DNA of 64,000 nucleotides from a virus. The translations under genes and the position numbers were made by a program. The stretch lies in the IMG/VR virus record IMGVR_UViG_3300021197_001279, positions 1 to 64,000 of that record. One strand, written 5' to 3'. This document shows, in pieces, positions 1-9,749 of this stretch. The first letter of the stretch is position 1; every line of letters starts with the position of its first letter. The notes below the pieces were generated by a model. The model was not told the DNA's origin and ran no database searches. It was given only the letters and a program-made list of their open reading frames with translations.

Positions 1-1020
1 TTTTCTTTCTTTTATATTTCTTATATCTATATATAATTTATATATTATATTATTATTAATATTATTTATAGGGGTTCTTCTTCTGAATGACGACCTTGTT
101 TTATCAGAACAAGTTTGTAAAACCTTTTTTCTTGGATTTAGGTTGACAAATGAGTTATAATTTGTTATAATTAAATTTGATAAAAGATTTATGTCATTGT
201 TATAGGCAAAATCATATTGATCAGTAAAAACTGAATCAACAGTGGGTAAGTTGTATCTAGATCTATAGTTCTTTGTGACAGGACTAGCAAGATCTGAGAT
301 AATAATGCTTGGTGCACGCTTACTAACACTGAAACCATACTGTTTAGCCATGTTAAGGTAATAGTCAAAAGCAGGGTTTGTCAAGAAAAAGTTTTCTTTT
401 AATTCATCGTCACCAATTGGCAATCCCGCTATATCAATACACAACCCGGAGGAAAAATTGGAAGATCTATAAGACCGTTGAAATCCGGACAAAGTTAAAG
501 GAAATGTATCACGTAATCTTTCCATGTATTGGACAAGGTAGTGAAGGTAGTCTTCAATTGTAAAGACACGATCCATAAATTGCTGCAAATAAGTCGAATT
601 AAAAGTAGACATACTATCACCTACAAACGATCTATAGTTTGGTAGTGTATCTTCGTACGTCCTGACTGCTCTTACCGCTGAGAGATAAGGGTCATCAACA
701 GGAAGCAATCCCAATCTACAGGCTCTGATGAAGTGATTCTCGAAGTCTTTAAACTGGTCTGCGACAAAATTCATCACTAGTTTTGTTCCCTGAGATTCGT
801 TTGTGATTGTAAGTGGTACAAGAAATTCTTTTCTTGCTATTACTGGCGTGAGTTCTCTGTTGACTTTTCCATAAAGAGTTTTCTCGGCAAAGTTAAAGTC
901 AACAACTTGCTCTGGTCCCAATCCTTCATTCTGAGGAAATGCCTCACGGTTGTATCTTGAACGCTCAACAGCAAGGGTTGAGGTTGATTCTATGTCATTT
1001 TTTCCTTTAAATTTGCTCAT
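1..1020 (-). CDS. Hypothetical protein, 3'-truncated by the window edge (MSKFKGKNDIEST...), absent from the ORF track
   Basis: ATG at 1018-1020 overlaps the TGA of the upstream gene (ATGA coupling). My translation stays open to base 1, which explains its absence from the track. Confidence 0.8.
   Translation of the reverse strand, partial: MSKFKGKNDIESTSTLAVERSRYNREAFPQNEGLGPEQVVDFNFAEKTLYGKVNRELTPVIARKEFLVPLTITNESQGTKLVMNFVADQFKDFENHFIRACRLGLLPVDDPYLSAVRAVRTYEDTLPNYRSFVGDSMSTFNSTYLQQFMDRVFTIEDYLHYLVQYMERLRDTFPLTLSGFQRSYRSSNFSSGLCIDIAGLPIGDDELKENFFLTNPAFDYYLNMAKQYGFSVSKRAPSIIISDLASPVTKNYRSRYNLPTVDSVFTDQYDFAYNNDINLLSNLIITNYNSFVNLNPRKKVLQTCSDKTRSSFRRRTPINNINNNIIYKLYIDIRNIKERK
143..171 (+). promoter_or_regulatory. 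Consensus sigma70-type promoter, antisense to the tail genes
   Basis: TTGACA (143-148), 17-nt spacer, TATAAT (166-171), with extended -10 TG at 163-164. Confidence 0.5.
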
Positions 1021-4000
1021 GATACATTACCTATTGTAAACGCTGAGTATCCGACTACCATTGGCCCCTCTTGAAATTCACCAATTAGCCTTAATCCGTT
1101 TATTGTATTTATGATAGTTTCACCGGTTTCTTCAAAAATTACAAACTCTGCCTGTTCTTTAAGTCCTTGGAACAGATCTAAACTACTGGCTATCGGCTGC
1201 TCAGCCGAGACAAAGATAAAATCTGGTATGTAATCTAACTCTTCTTCTCTGTAAAGTTTCTGTGCATCCTCTAGACTTATGTTAACGGGGCTGAGATTTA
1301 CATCAACTCCCTGTACGGTCGGTGCCACCGGAGCAGGTGGGGTAGTAGGAGGTGCAGTGGGCTGTGCCCCACTAGTAGGGGTAGTAGAGGGTGTCGGAGA
1401 GGTAGATGGAGTCCCTGATGGTTGCGAGTCTTGAGGTGCAGCAGATGCCGCTGCTTGATTCTGCACTACTGCTGCCTGAGCGGCTGCTTGTGCGTTAGGA
1501 ACAACGGTGTTACCTGCGGTGGCTGTCTGTGCAACAGGTGATGCTGGGGTTGCTGAAGCTGCGCTGTTTTGAACATTATTAGCAGATTGATTAACAGCAG
1601 TTATACTAGAGAAGTATTTTGTTGCTTGATTTTTCTCAAGCAAACTTAAATCTGACTCTACTGCTGCGACAACATTTTCACACTGAGGAGTGCCTTTTGT
1701 TGACTTGGCTGGGGGTAGTGACCCGGTGAGGTTCTTGACCGCTGTTCCTGTTGCTTTTCCGTTTTGGACATAGGCCGTGGACCCATCCCCTGAGTAATAC
1801 ATCTGAGCCTCGATGGTCGTACTAAACCCTCCAACCCCAATTGAAGATCTAACACTTGTGACAGTATGATACCCTCCAAGACCCAGTTTATTAGCCAGAG
1901 ATCGTGTTTGACTACCTCCGACCCCGCCTTGGGTAGGCGAACCCAGTTTGTCCCCGCCAATCCCATAAGGATTGAGAAACAAATCCATACCTGGATAGAA
2001 GATTGTGTTACCAAACATTTCAATTGTTACCTTATAGACAGTTGAAAGCTGAAGTAGTCCATCGATACCTTGTTGGAAAAACCTAGCTTCACGAACAAAC
2101 TGCATGTCTGTCTTGGCAAAACTAACTGATTTTACAATACCTTTATTGTTCCCAATCTCAATGTGGTACATTCCATTATTATTGTCTGTTGCATAGTTTC
2201 CATTACCTTTTGTCGATAAGGAACTGCCAAGAACACCAAGATACATATAATTGTGATAGTTACCAATGTCTTTCATCTCAGATGTGGTATCTCCCTTAAA
2301 TGGAAAAATTTCAGTACCTTTACTCCGGTGAGTATCGATCTCAATAACCGGTACGGAACTAACATCATCATGTATTGACCGTAGAGGATCACCACCTTTG
2401 TTGTATGCTGTAAGTTGACCTGTTTGAAAACTAAAGTTCTTATCAATTCTTCTATTAACACAACTCTCAAGTAATGATTGCTGAAGCAGATTGCTTGATA
2501 GGTTCCTGATAAACGTTACAACCGGAAATGATTTTCTGGTCTCACCTTTCTTAAGAACATTATTTTGAAACCAGTCAGCAAAATATTCTACAGAAATAGG
2601 TATTTGCGCAATGTTAACGGTAGAATTTGAGTTCCCTCCACCGTTGTATACACCACCAAAGTCAAAACTACCAAGGATGAACTTGCAATTCTCAACTTCT
2701 TCTCTCAAACTTGAGGGGCTATCAATCTTGTACATGGTGTCAAGGATTGTGTGCAATAAATCACCAAAGTAAAAATACTGAATGGTGTTATCTTGTGGCG
2801 AATTGTAATTGTAATCCTCAGGTAAGTAAACTTGACTTAAAATAGTTTTTGTTACACCGGTCTCTTGCCCTTGTTTAATAGCATCCTCTGTGGTTACTTC
2901 TTTTTGTTGCGATTTAAGCCCTTTTAACACCGGCTTGTCTTTAAAGAATCCGCTAGTCCTGAAAGATACGGCTTGCGCTTGTGAAATCTCACAAACAAAA
3001 ATCTTGTTCCTCTCAATTAATCTTTGGATGATTGACTTTAATGCACGCTGTCTTATAACATCTTCTTGTGCATCAAGACCAGCCAAGATTCTTTGCAATT
3101 GATCTTGTGAGCATTGTTTGCTATTAACGACATCAATGTAATTTAATAGATTTTGCTTTCTTTGCTCAACAATCTCAGGAGTAGCCAGTGCATCATACTG
3201 ATGTGTTTTCAGGATTGTTTCAACATAAGCGCCATAACTAATTGTAAGATCTACTGTTCCATCGGTATTTATCTGAAAGTCATGATCAATCATGCAGAGA
3301 TAAAAGGCCTTATTGGTTCTCTCAAGAGATTCTACTAGTCTATTTGCCCCTGGCCCGTATGATGGAAACATGTCTTGCAGTTCACTAGCGCTAGGGATGT
3401 GATAACCAACTTCAGCCATAATTCTATAATAAGATGGACTGTATTGGTTTCTGTAAATTATGCTTTTGTCTTCCTTCGGGGGATGCAACACAAGATCAAC
3501 AAATCTATAAGTCTGGCCATTGTAGCTTTTTCTCTCAGCAATAAAGTCTCCAAACGATTGAAAATGCATCGTTAAGCTGGCCTTAATGTCTTTTCTGGAC
3601 TCTGCTGGGTTTGTGCCATTAAATTCAAATGAGAAGTTTTTTAAACCGACACCAGACCCTTTGTCAAACTGCATGTCAAGGAATTTTGTAGACGGACCAG
3701 TAAAGTTTCTTTCGCGATCTATGTCCTCTGTTGAGTCGAATACGAATTCTGTTTTTTGAGTACCTTCATCTGTGCTTTCCACACGATACAATCTAATTTT
3801 TGGAACAAGCGACGACAAAACGGCAGGAGGTATGTTGAACAATTCTTTTGCAACATCTGAGTTGAGCATCTTACTTAAAGTTGCCGATTGGTCATCGGTG
3901 TTTGAGACCATGTACAGTCTACCATCAAAAGGTAGATTGTTAAACTGATCAGTGAGGCTGTTACAAGTGTTGCTTGTGGGGCCTGTGGTGTTTTGCCTGT

Positions 4001-5252
4001 TATCGGCTTTCTTTGTTCTTCTATCCTGTATTATTTTTACGAAGGCACTGGAAAGCCTTGGCATGTTCATCATCAAGGCGCACTGCTTGAAGAATCGCTG
4101 GCGGTTCTTGATGTCTTCTTCGTCAAGTGTTGTAACATCTTCACCCAGAGGTGTATCAAGTAGTTCTGCGATTGCTCTTTTTTCTATTTGATCGACGGCA
4201 TCGCTAAATTCATCTGATGCGGGATCTAATTCATTAAGGTCTCTTCTGTCCTCTACAATTTGCTCTCTTCTCGCATTCTCAATAAACCTGGCCGCTAATG
4301 AATATAAACCTGAGTTAATCAGATCAATCTTCTCTCCCACTAGTGTCATCTCAGAGTTTACAGATCTATCTCTTTCAGCGTTAAATTTTTGTAGTAAAGA
4401 ACTTTGATTCTGGACAAATAAAACGTCTTCATCGTCTTCAATAACATTCTCTATGAATAAAAAGTAATCATTTTCAATTCTTGTCTTAAAATTTATAGTA
4501 CCGGGGTATAGATCAAAAAAATTTGATAATCCACCTAAAAAACCATCAGCAGTATCTCTTGGGTCTACCAAAACTTCACTATTGACAAGTGAGTCTCTTA
4601 TGTATTGCTCTATAAATTCTTCGTTTAGATCATTATCTAAAGAGGTATCTGGGAAGTCGTCTGGGTCGGTTAGCCCAAGTGTTTCGAAAACACCCTCGCT
4701 AATTTCACCCTCTGGACCTTTAAGATTAAATATCCTAACTGGGTCTTTGTTTAGTAATTTTTGTTTTACAAGTGCAGTTACAGCAAAATCAAAATCACTA
4801 AATGTATAATCTTGTCTAAGTGACCTAATCAAGGGTACGTCAAAAATATCAGTTTTAAGTCCGTATGCTACTATCTTTTTCTTTATTAATATAACTTGAT
4901 CAGCGGGAAAAGTTAAACTACCAAGAATGCCACCCTCGAGATCTACCCCTCGCCTAGTAGCGACACCTGTTTCATCTTCTCCAAAAACCTCAAGATTCAC
5001 ATATTCAAGTTCATAGGTATTGGAAGAGGGTTGGACATTTTGAAGTAATTGCCTCAACAAGTAAGTGCCATTATCTAATTCATCTATACTTTTTAATTGC
5101 TCTTCTATGTCCTTTTCAGTGGTAGCGTTTGCTATACTTCTTATTCTTCCTGCAATTGCTCGCAAGTGTTGATCAATTACATCTAGTGCATTTGCTTCAG
5201 CATTGAATTGAAATTCGTTGTCAAGATTATTTAATCTAATTGTTTCAGCCAT
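1017..5252 (-). CDS. Large baseplate hub-like tail protein (gp27/late-control-D-like region) with a Pro/Thr/Ala-rich linker
   Basis: Follows tape measure, tube-initiator-like and LysM genes. The segment 'IEMFGNTIFYPGMDLFL...GGYHTVTSVRSSIGVGGFSTTIEA' resembles the C-terminal part of hub proteins. PTPSTTPT linker near the C-terminus. Confidence 0.5.
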   Translation of the reverse strand: MAETIRLNNLDNEFQFNAEANALDVIDQHLRAIAGRIRSIANATTEKDIEEQLKSIDELDNGTYLLRQLLQNVQPSSNTYELEYVNLEVFGEDETGVATRRGVDLEGGILGSLTFPADQVILIKKKIVAYGLKTDIFDVPLIRSLRQDYTFSDFDFAVTALVKQKLLNKDPVRIFNLKGPEGEISEGVFETLGLTDPDDFPDTSLDNDLNEEFIEQYIRDSLVNSEVLVDPRDTADGFLGGLSNFFDLYPGTINFKTRIENDYFLFIENVIEDDEDVLFVQNQSSLLQKFNAERDRSVNSEMTLVGEKIDLINSGLYSLAARFIENARREQIVEDRRDLNELDPASDEFSDAVDQIEKRAIAELLDTPLGEDVTTLDEEDIKNRQRFFKQCALMMNMPRLSSAFVKIIQDRRTKKADNRQNTTGPTSNTCNSLTDQFNNLPFDGRLYMVSNTDDQSATLSKMLNSDVAKELFNIPPAVLSSLVPKIRLYRVESTDEGTQKTEFVFDSTEDIDRERNFTGPSTKFLDMQFDKGSGVGLKNFSFEFNGTNPAESRKDIKASLTMHFQSFGDFIAERKSYNGQTYRFVDLVLHPPKEDKSIIYRNQYSPSYYRIMAEVGYHIPSASELQDMFPSYGPGANRLVESLERTNKAFYLCMIDHDFQINTDGTVDLTISYGAYVETILKTHQYDALATPEIVEQRKQNLLNYIDVVNSKQCSQDQLQRILAGLDAQEDVIRQRALKSIIQRLIERNKIFVCEISQAQAVSFRTSGFFKDKPVLKGLKSQQKEVTTEDAIKQGQETGVTKTILSQVYLPEDYNYNSPQDNTIQYFYFGDLLHTILDTMYKIDSPSSLREEVENCKFILGSFDFGGVYNGGGNSNSTVNIAQIPISVEYFADWFQNNVLKKGETRKSFPVVTFIRNLSSNLLQQSLLESCVNRRIDKNFSFQTGQLTAYNKGGDPLRSIHDDVSSVPVIEIDTHRSKGTEIFPFKGDTTSEMKDIGNYHNYMYLGVLGSSLSTKGNGNYATDNNNGMYHIEIGNNKGIVKSVSFAKTDMQFVREARFFQQGIDGLLQLSTVYKVTIEMFGNTIFYPGMDLFLNPYGIGGDKLGSPTQGGVGGSQTRSLANKLGLGGYHTVTSVRSSIGVGGFSTTIEAQMYYSGDGSTAYVQNGKATGTAVKNLTGSLPPAKSTKGTPQCENVVAAVESDLSLLEKNQATKYFSSITAVNQSANNVQNSAASATPASPVAQTATAGNTVVPNAQAAAQAAVVQNQAAASAAPQDSQPSGTPSTSPTPSTTPTSGAQPTAPPTTPPAPVAPTVQGVDVNLSPVNISLEDAQKLYREEELDYIPDFIFVSAEQPIASSLDLFQGLKEQAEFVIFEETGETIINTINGLRLIGEFQEGPMVVGYSAFTIGNVS

Positions 5253-5584
5253 TATTCAAATGCTCCCAATACAACATTAAGGTTGGTTGGGATCTCAATA
5301 ATGTCTCCTGGCATCAAGTGCCCCTCTGTTGGTGTTTGATTCCACTGAGCGATGATGTACCAGAGAGATTGATCTCCATAGTATTGAAGAGCAAGTTTCC
5401 AGAACTTATCACCTGAAGTCCAAGCATGCTTGGCCACGTTGATTCTTTTTTTGTCTTCCTCGTCTGGGTAGATTAATTCCTCTGTTGTGTACTGAACGAC
5501 TTGCTTAACTCCTCGTTTTTCAAGTGCATTCTCGTACATTTCATTGTCATTAATTGCTTTTACTCTAGAATTAAATCTGCTCAT
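5252..5584 (-). CDS. LysM/tail-X-like baseplate protein
   Basis: HAWTSGDKFWKLALQYYGDQSLWYIIAQWN...PGDIIEIP fits the LysM/tail-X pattern; canonical position after the tape measure. Confidence 0.8.
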   Translation of the reverse strand: MSRFNSRVKAINDNEMYENALEKRGVKQVVQYTTEELIYPDEEDKKRINVAKHAWTSGDKFWKLALQYYGDQSLWYIIAQWNQTPTEGHLMPGDIIEIPTNLNVVLGAFE

Positions 5585-5586
5585 TG

Positions 5587-6222
5587 TTATTTACCTTTAA
5601 ATGGGAACCCAACTGCGCCACCGAAATCTTCTTCTGTTGTATTTGTGCTGAAGCCTAATTGATGCTCGTGTAAGACATTGAAGTCAATAGAAAGTTCGAT
5701 TACTTTTGGATAAAATTCTCCATTTGATGCAAACATTCCCATGTCCAATACAGGAGTCCAATTAAGGCTCGTGATATACCCAAGTAAGCCCGACTTATTG
5801 TCAACAGAGTTAATAACTAGGTTGGCAAATTTTAATCTAATAAGAGGAGACTTAGAGATACTCAGCGCATTTTGAGACACCACTCCACCACCCAGTTGTG
5901 TTCTATCGGTATTGTACTGAGGGTATAACATTTTTACCAACTCTCCACAGTTACCGAGATTGGCTTGTGCCTCATCTAAGTTTTTAGCCGGTAGAGACCA
6001 AGAAATAGAGTAAGACCTTTTAGTCCCTTGGAAAGTTGCAATGTCATCGTTGCGACCATAGACTTGTTCTGCGTTCCAGGTTGAATTAAAGTTCTGTGTG
6101 AAATTGTTAAGATAGGCCGGAAACTGAACTATAAGACCTGCTGAGATCATTGATTCGAATTCAAGGATCGCGCCCGTTGTTTTGGCATAGCCTGCTGGTA
6201 TTGTACCTTGATAAAATGTCAT
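5587..6222 (-). CDS. Tail tube initiator / contractile-system tube-like baseplate protein
   Basis: 'W...VYGRNDDIATFQGTKRSYSISW' and 'SPLIRLKFANL...GYITSL' pattern; lies between tape measure and LysM genes. Confidence 0.6.
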   Translation of the reverse strand: MTFYQGTIPAGYAKTTGAILEFESMISAGLIVQFPAYLNNFTQNFNSTWNAEQVYGRNDDIATFQGTKRSYSISWSLPAKNLDEAQANLGNCGELVKMLYPQYNTDRTQLGGGVVSQNALSISKSPLIRLKFANLVINSVDNKSGLLGYITSLNWTPVLDMGMFASNGEFYPKVIELSIDFNVLHEHQLGFSTNTTEEDFGGAVGFPFKGK

Positions 6223-8315
6223 CCGTTAGCCACCTCTGCAAAATAAGCATCAAGTTCTCTGCCGTTAGAAAGAACTAACTTTACTGATTGTCCTGCGAAC
6301 ATGTTTGGTATCTCAGCAACAACATTAACTGCGCTTCCTGCTGCAGCTGCTGCTGTCATCCCTGCTGAGGCTCCAGTGGACAATCTTGTTAAATTATCTA
6401 CAACCGCTCTTCCCTGAACCATTACCTCGCTAGATGCACCAAGTCTTGCCAATTGTGCATCAACGCCATCAAGTTCAGCGGTGTTAGCACTAAAGTTTAT
6501 GTTAGATAAGGCCATCACTCCAGCCGCAGCAGCACCAAGGCCAAGCAGTAAAGGAGTCAATGGGGCAATTGCTGTGGCTAGCGCTCCAATGCCGGCAACT
6601 AAACCACCACCAGTAGCAACTCCGCCGGCAACTCCAGCACCAGTAATAATACTAGTGAGAGTCCCAAAGCCACCGCCAATAACAGAAATAATCGGCCCAA
6701 TAACTTTAAGAGCGATACCAAGTGTACCAATGGTGCCAACAATTTTCATAAATGATTCTCGTGTATCATCATCAAATTGCTTCATGAAACTCATAACGCC
6801 GTCTAATGCACCATGAACCCCTTCAAGTATTGGCGTTACCATTACAGCAAATTCAGCGGCTAGCACTTTAAATTTGTCTTGGATCTCCATGGTGTCTCGA
6901 ACTGCTTTTTCAAGTTTGTTCTGAGCATCGGCGCTTCTTTCCATCTCTGAACGATACTGTTGGTATTGCCCCATGTTCATACCAAAGATTCTTTGTGCTT
7001 CGTTTATGTCCTCAATGCCTGCGGCTGAAGCCAAAGCCAACTGGCTGAACTTGTCCATGTCTTTGAATGCAACGCCTTGCGCTTGAGTTTGTCTTATCAG
7101 TGTCTCAATTCTTTCGTCCTCGGACATCATCAACATTTCGGTTGTTGACAATTGAGTACCAAGAAGAGCATTAAACTTTGCTGCGCCTTCTGCTGCGCCC
7201 TGGAAGGTGTCGAATTTCTTGGCAATACCTAGAAGGGTTGAAACCTCAACTCCCGCCAGTTTAGCGGCACTAGCGAGGCCCTTAAAGACCTGCATCGAAC
7301 GTGGGCCATACACAGCAAGCGTACCAAGAGACTGATTAAAGTCTGATGTCATCTGTTCTGCTGTAATACCAAGTTCGGTACCCATCATTGCCAATTCGCC
7401 GGCTACATTCTGTGCTTGGGCGGCTGTCATTCCAAGGTTCATGTTTAAGAACTGAAATGTCTCTGAAGCCATCTGTCCGTTGATACCAATTTTTCCTAGC
7501 AAAGATGCTTGAAGCACCATGCTGGTTTGTGCAGCTTTTGAGACATTGACAAAGTTTGTTGTTTGAGAAAACAATTCCCCTGTTGCTTTACCGGCATTAT
7601 CCAATCGAATGCCCAAAAGGTTTCCAGCATCTTGTGCATCAACCATAACACTGGATAGTTCTCTACCAGTACCTGTCGCAGTTGCTAATGCAGCGCCGGC
7701 CTTATCAGCCTCTAAAACGAGCATAGCAGTTGCTTCTGCTATCTTTGTTATAATACTAAGAGTCAGGTTTGTTGTGTTAAAAACATCTCTAAAGTTCTCA
7801 GCAAAAGCAGCGGCTGCTGGTTCTCCGCCTTCTTTTAGTGACTTACCTACCTTTACAATGTTAGCAAGAAAGCCACTACTTGCCATTGTACTGATTCCCA
7901 TTGAACCAGCAATGTCTCCAAGTAATTGCTTTTGTTCTTTACCGTATTTATTCTGAGCATTAGATAAGTTATTAAGTTCCTGAAATCTATCAGCAATTTT
8001 TCTAGCTGCTGGTGATAGAGAGTTTAAAAGATCATTTTGCTCTGTTAAGGCTATGTTGCCTTGCTTGAGTGCTTCAATAAACTTTTTGGCTTCACCAGCA
8101 TTTTCAGCATTCAATCTTATCTCAGATTCTAGAAGACGAATTTGCGCTTCTCTTGTACTAGTAAAGTCACTAAGAGTACTTGCAGCCTCTGCTTGTGCCC
8201 TTGCAAGGTCAACCTCTAATTGAAGCTGATCTTTGGCTAGGTCTTTATTGGCTTCTCGTTCTGCTTTTTGTTCTTTGAGAAGTTTAATTAATTCTTTAGA
8301 TTCTTCATTTGACAT
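6219..8315 (-). CDS. Tail tape measure protein
   Basis: 698 aa, Ala/Gly/Leu-rich and helical, hydrophobic Gly-rich C-terminal segment, downstream of tube and chaperone genes. Confidence 0.8.
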   Translation of the reverse strand: MSNEESKELIKLLKEQKAEREANKDLAKDQLQLEVDLARAQAEAASTLSDFTSTREAQIRLLESEIRLNAENAGEAKKFIEALKQGNIALTEQNDLLNSLSPAARKIADRFQELNNLSNAQNKYGKEQKQLLGDIAGSMGISTMASSGFLANIVKVGKSLKEGGEPAAAAFAENFRDVFNTTNLTLSIITKIAEATAMLVLEADKAGAALATATGTGRELSSVMVDAQDAGNLLGIRLDNAGKATGELFSQTTNFVNVSKAAQTSMVLQASLLGKIGINGQMASETFQFLNMNLGMTAAQAQNVAGELAMMGTELGITAEQMTSDFNQSLGTLAVYGPRSMQVFKGLASAAKLAGVEVSTLLGIAKKFDTFQGAAEGAAKFNALLGTQLSTTEMLMMSEDERIETLIRQTQAQGVAFKDMDKFSQLALASAAGIEDINEAQRIFGMNMGQYQQYRSEMERSADAQNKLEKAVRDTMEIQDKFKVLAAEFAVMVTPILEGVHGALDGVMSFMKQFDDDTRESFMKIVGTIGTLGIALKVIGPIISVIGGGFGTLTSIITGAGVAGGVATGGGLVAGIGALATAIAPLTPLLLGLGAAAAGVMALSNINFSANTAELDGVDAQLARLGASSEVMVQGRAVVDNLTRLSTGASAGMTAAAAAGSAVNVVAEIPNMFAGQSVKLVLSNGRELDAYFAEVANG

Positions 8316-8325
8316 TCAGGTCCCC

Positions 8326-8670
8326 TCAATCTCTGAAAGGCCATGGCAGATTTGTCTTCTGAGTGAAGTCTGCGGCGGCTGCATCAAGTTCGGCTTTGAT
8401 TGCCTTTGTGCCCTCGTCATCTTTGCCACGAGCAACATAAGATTCAAGGTATTCTTTTTCAAGATTCAACGCTCGAGCATAAGCCTTTACGTCTTCATAC
8501 TCTCCACGGATGACAAACTTAACGTCCTCTCCGTCTTCTTCATTAAGATTGGCAACAACGTTGGCATCTTTACCATAAATGTATTTGAGAAGTTTCTTGT
8601 TCCAGAAACCCCACATCTTCATAAAAGATTCCTGAAGAACCTCTTTGTTTGTAAAATCAATACGGATCAC
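8326..8670 (-). CDS. Hypothetical late protein
   Basis: GTG start with GGAGGG SD and upstream CTATTTA motif; LQE/LNE motifs. Confidence 0.7.
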   Translation of the reverse strand: MIRIDFTNKEVLQESFMKMWGFWNKKLLKYIYGKDANVVANLNEEDGEDVKFVIRGEYEDVKAYARALNLEKEYLESYVARGKDDEGTKAIKAELDAAAADFTQKTNLPWPFRD

Positions 8671-8691
8671 GCGAATCCCTCCGTCTCTTAT

Positions 8692-8698
8692 TAAATAG
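8692..8698 (-). promoter_or_regulatory. Putative late promoter motif CTATTTA
   Basis: Recurrent intergenic motif upstream of structural genes (see findings). Confidence 0.6.
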
Positions 8699-8726
8699 TC
8701 AAAAATTAGAAATGCCCATGGAAGTC

Positions 8727-8897
8727 TTATCTTGACTTTCCACGAGCCTTTTCTATTTCTTTAGCCTCTTCTTCGAATTGCTTCTTAAGGCGCTCTATAA
8801 ACCACTTACGAAGGCCTATGGGTAAATTGTAAGCCTCGGTAAGACTCCAGCCTCCGTGATGCTTAAGAATAAAGAACTGTTCATACACCGCTTCCAT
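8727..8897 (-). CDS. Small tail/baseplate assembly protein (gp51-like or chaperone 'T' part), 56 aa, absent from the ORF track
   Basis: MEAVYEQFFILKHHGGWSLTEAYNLPIGLRKWFIERLKKQFEEEAKEIEKARGKSR, directly after the gp26-like gene. Confidence 0.75.
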   Translation of the reverse strand: MEAVYEQFFILKHHGGWSLTEAYNLPIGLRKWFIERLKKQFEEEAKEIEKARGKSR

Positions 8898-8901
8898 GTA
8901 C

Positions 8902-9738
8902 TCATCGTTGAGGCCAAAAAAAGTCGATCCCGAACGGGATCTCTACCTCCTCTGTGTGTCCACAGCTTTTGCATTTCATTTCTTGCTTTATCTCAATGTT
9001 AGGAGTAGCAGCCTCAAGACACAACTTTAGATGCCGGGCATCAGCAGCGGTGATGTTTTCTAGGACTCTGTGGATTAATTCTGTATCCTCGGAGTCTTCA
9101 ATTTTAATCGCAATTAATTTAATCTGTTCAAGCGTTGCACTTAAACTCTCGCTCTCAACATTGTCCATAATGTATTTTGCCAGGTAAGTTTCATCTTTGT
9201 TTGTCAACAATCTGAATTGTACACTGAACTTACAAAGAGGTAGCGTTGTACTAAATGTTCCATCTTCATTCTCGGCTATGTTAAGGGCCTCAGAAAGCCG
9301 TGTAGCGATAAGCCTAGGCTTGGTTAGGTTAAACACCATTTCGTTCGTTACAGAGCATTCTCGACACTTTACAGAGGCATCATAGCCTGCTCCATAAGCT
9401 GTTGCTCTTGCTGCAATTAATAAAGCATTCTTATCACCAATTAAAAGTTCATCAACGTTAATTGAATCATCAATGATAATGTTTTGCAAGAAGCGGTCAA
9501 GAACAATGCCCTTCGCAATAAGTGACCGATTTGTTAAAATGTCCTCATCCTTTGCAGTCATGAAGCGAATCTCAATCGAGTCCTTTCCATGTAATGGATG
9601 GCCTTTAGCGTAATGCTTACCCTTTGAAGGTATGTCAACAAGTTCTGTTGGAGCGACAAAATCTAACAGGCTCATCGGTGGAGCATCTGTTGTTGCCGGG
9701 CTGGTTTTTCCAAGTCGGCTTGAATTATTTCTTCCCAA
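8902..9738 (-). CDS. T4 gp26-like baseplate hub / tail assembly chaperone
   Basis: 'PTELVDIPSKG..Y', 'MTAKDEDIL', 'GDKNALLIAAR..AYG', two CxxC pairs, C-terminal FFWP; TTG start with GAGGTG SD. Confidence 0.75.
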   Translation of the reverse strand: MGRNNSSRLGKTSPATTDAPPMSLLDFVAPTELVDIPSKGKHYAKGHPLHGKDSIEIRFMTAKDEDILTNRSLIAKGIVLDRFLQNIIIDDSINVDELLIGDKNALLIAARATAYGAGYDASVKCRECSVTNEMVFNLTKPRLIATRLSEALNIAENEDGTFSTTLPLCKFSVQFRLLTNKDETYLAKYIMDNVESESLSATLEQIKLIAIKIEDSEDTELIHRVLENITAADARHLKLCLEAATPNIEIKQEMKCKSCGHTEEVEIPFGIDFFWPQR

Positions 9739-9749
9739 TTTTCACCTCA

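Noticed and set aside
355-384. Minus-strand TTGACA at 379-384 as a promoter
   Set aside because: No good -10 at 16-17 nt spacing; the best is TACCTT at 18.
378-563. 61-aa plus-strand ORF downstream of the antisense promoter
   Set aside because: TTG start without a convincing SD, antisense to a long open minus-strand gene, no motif.
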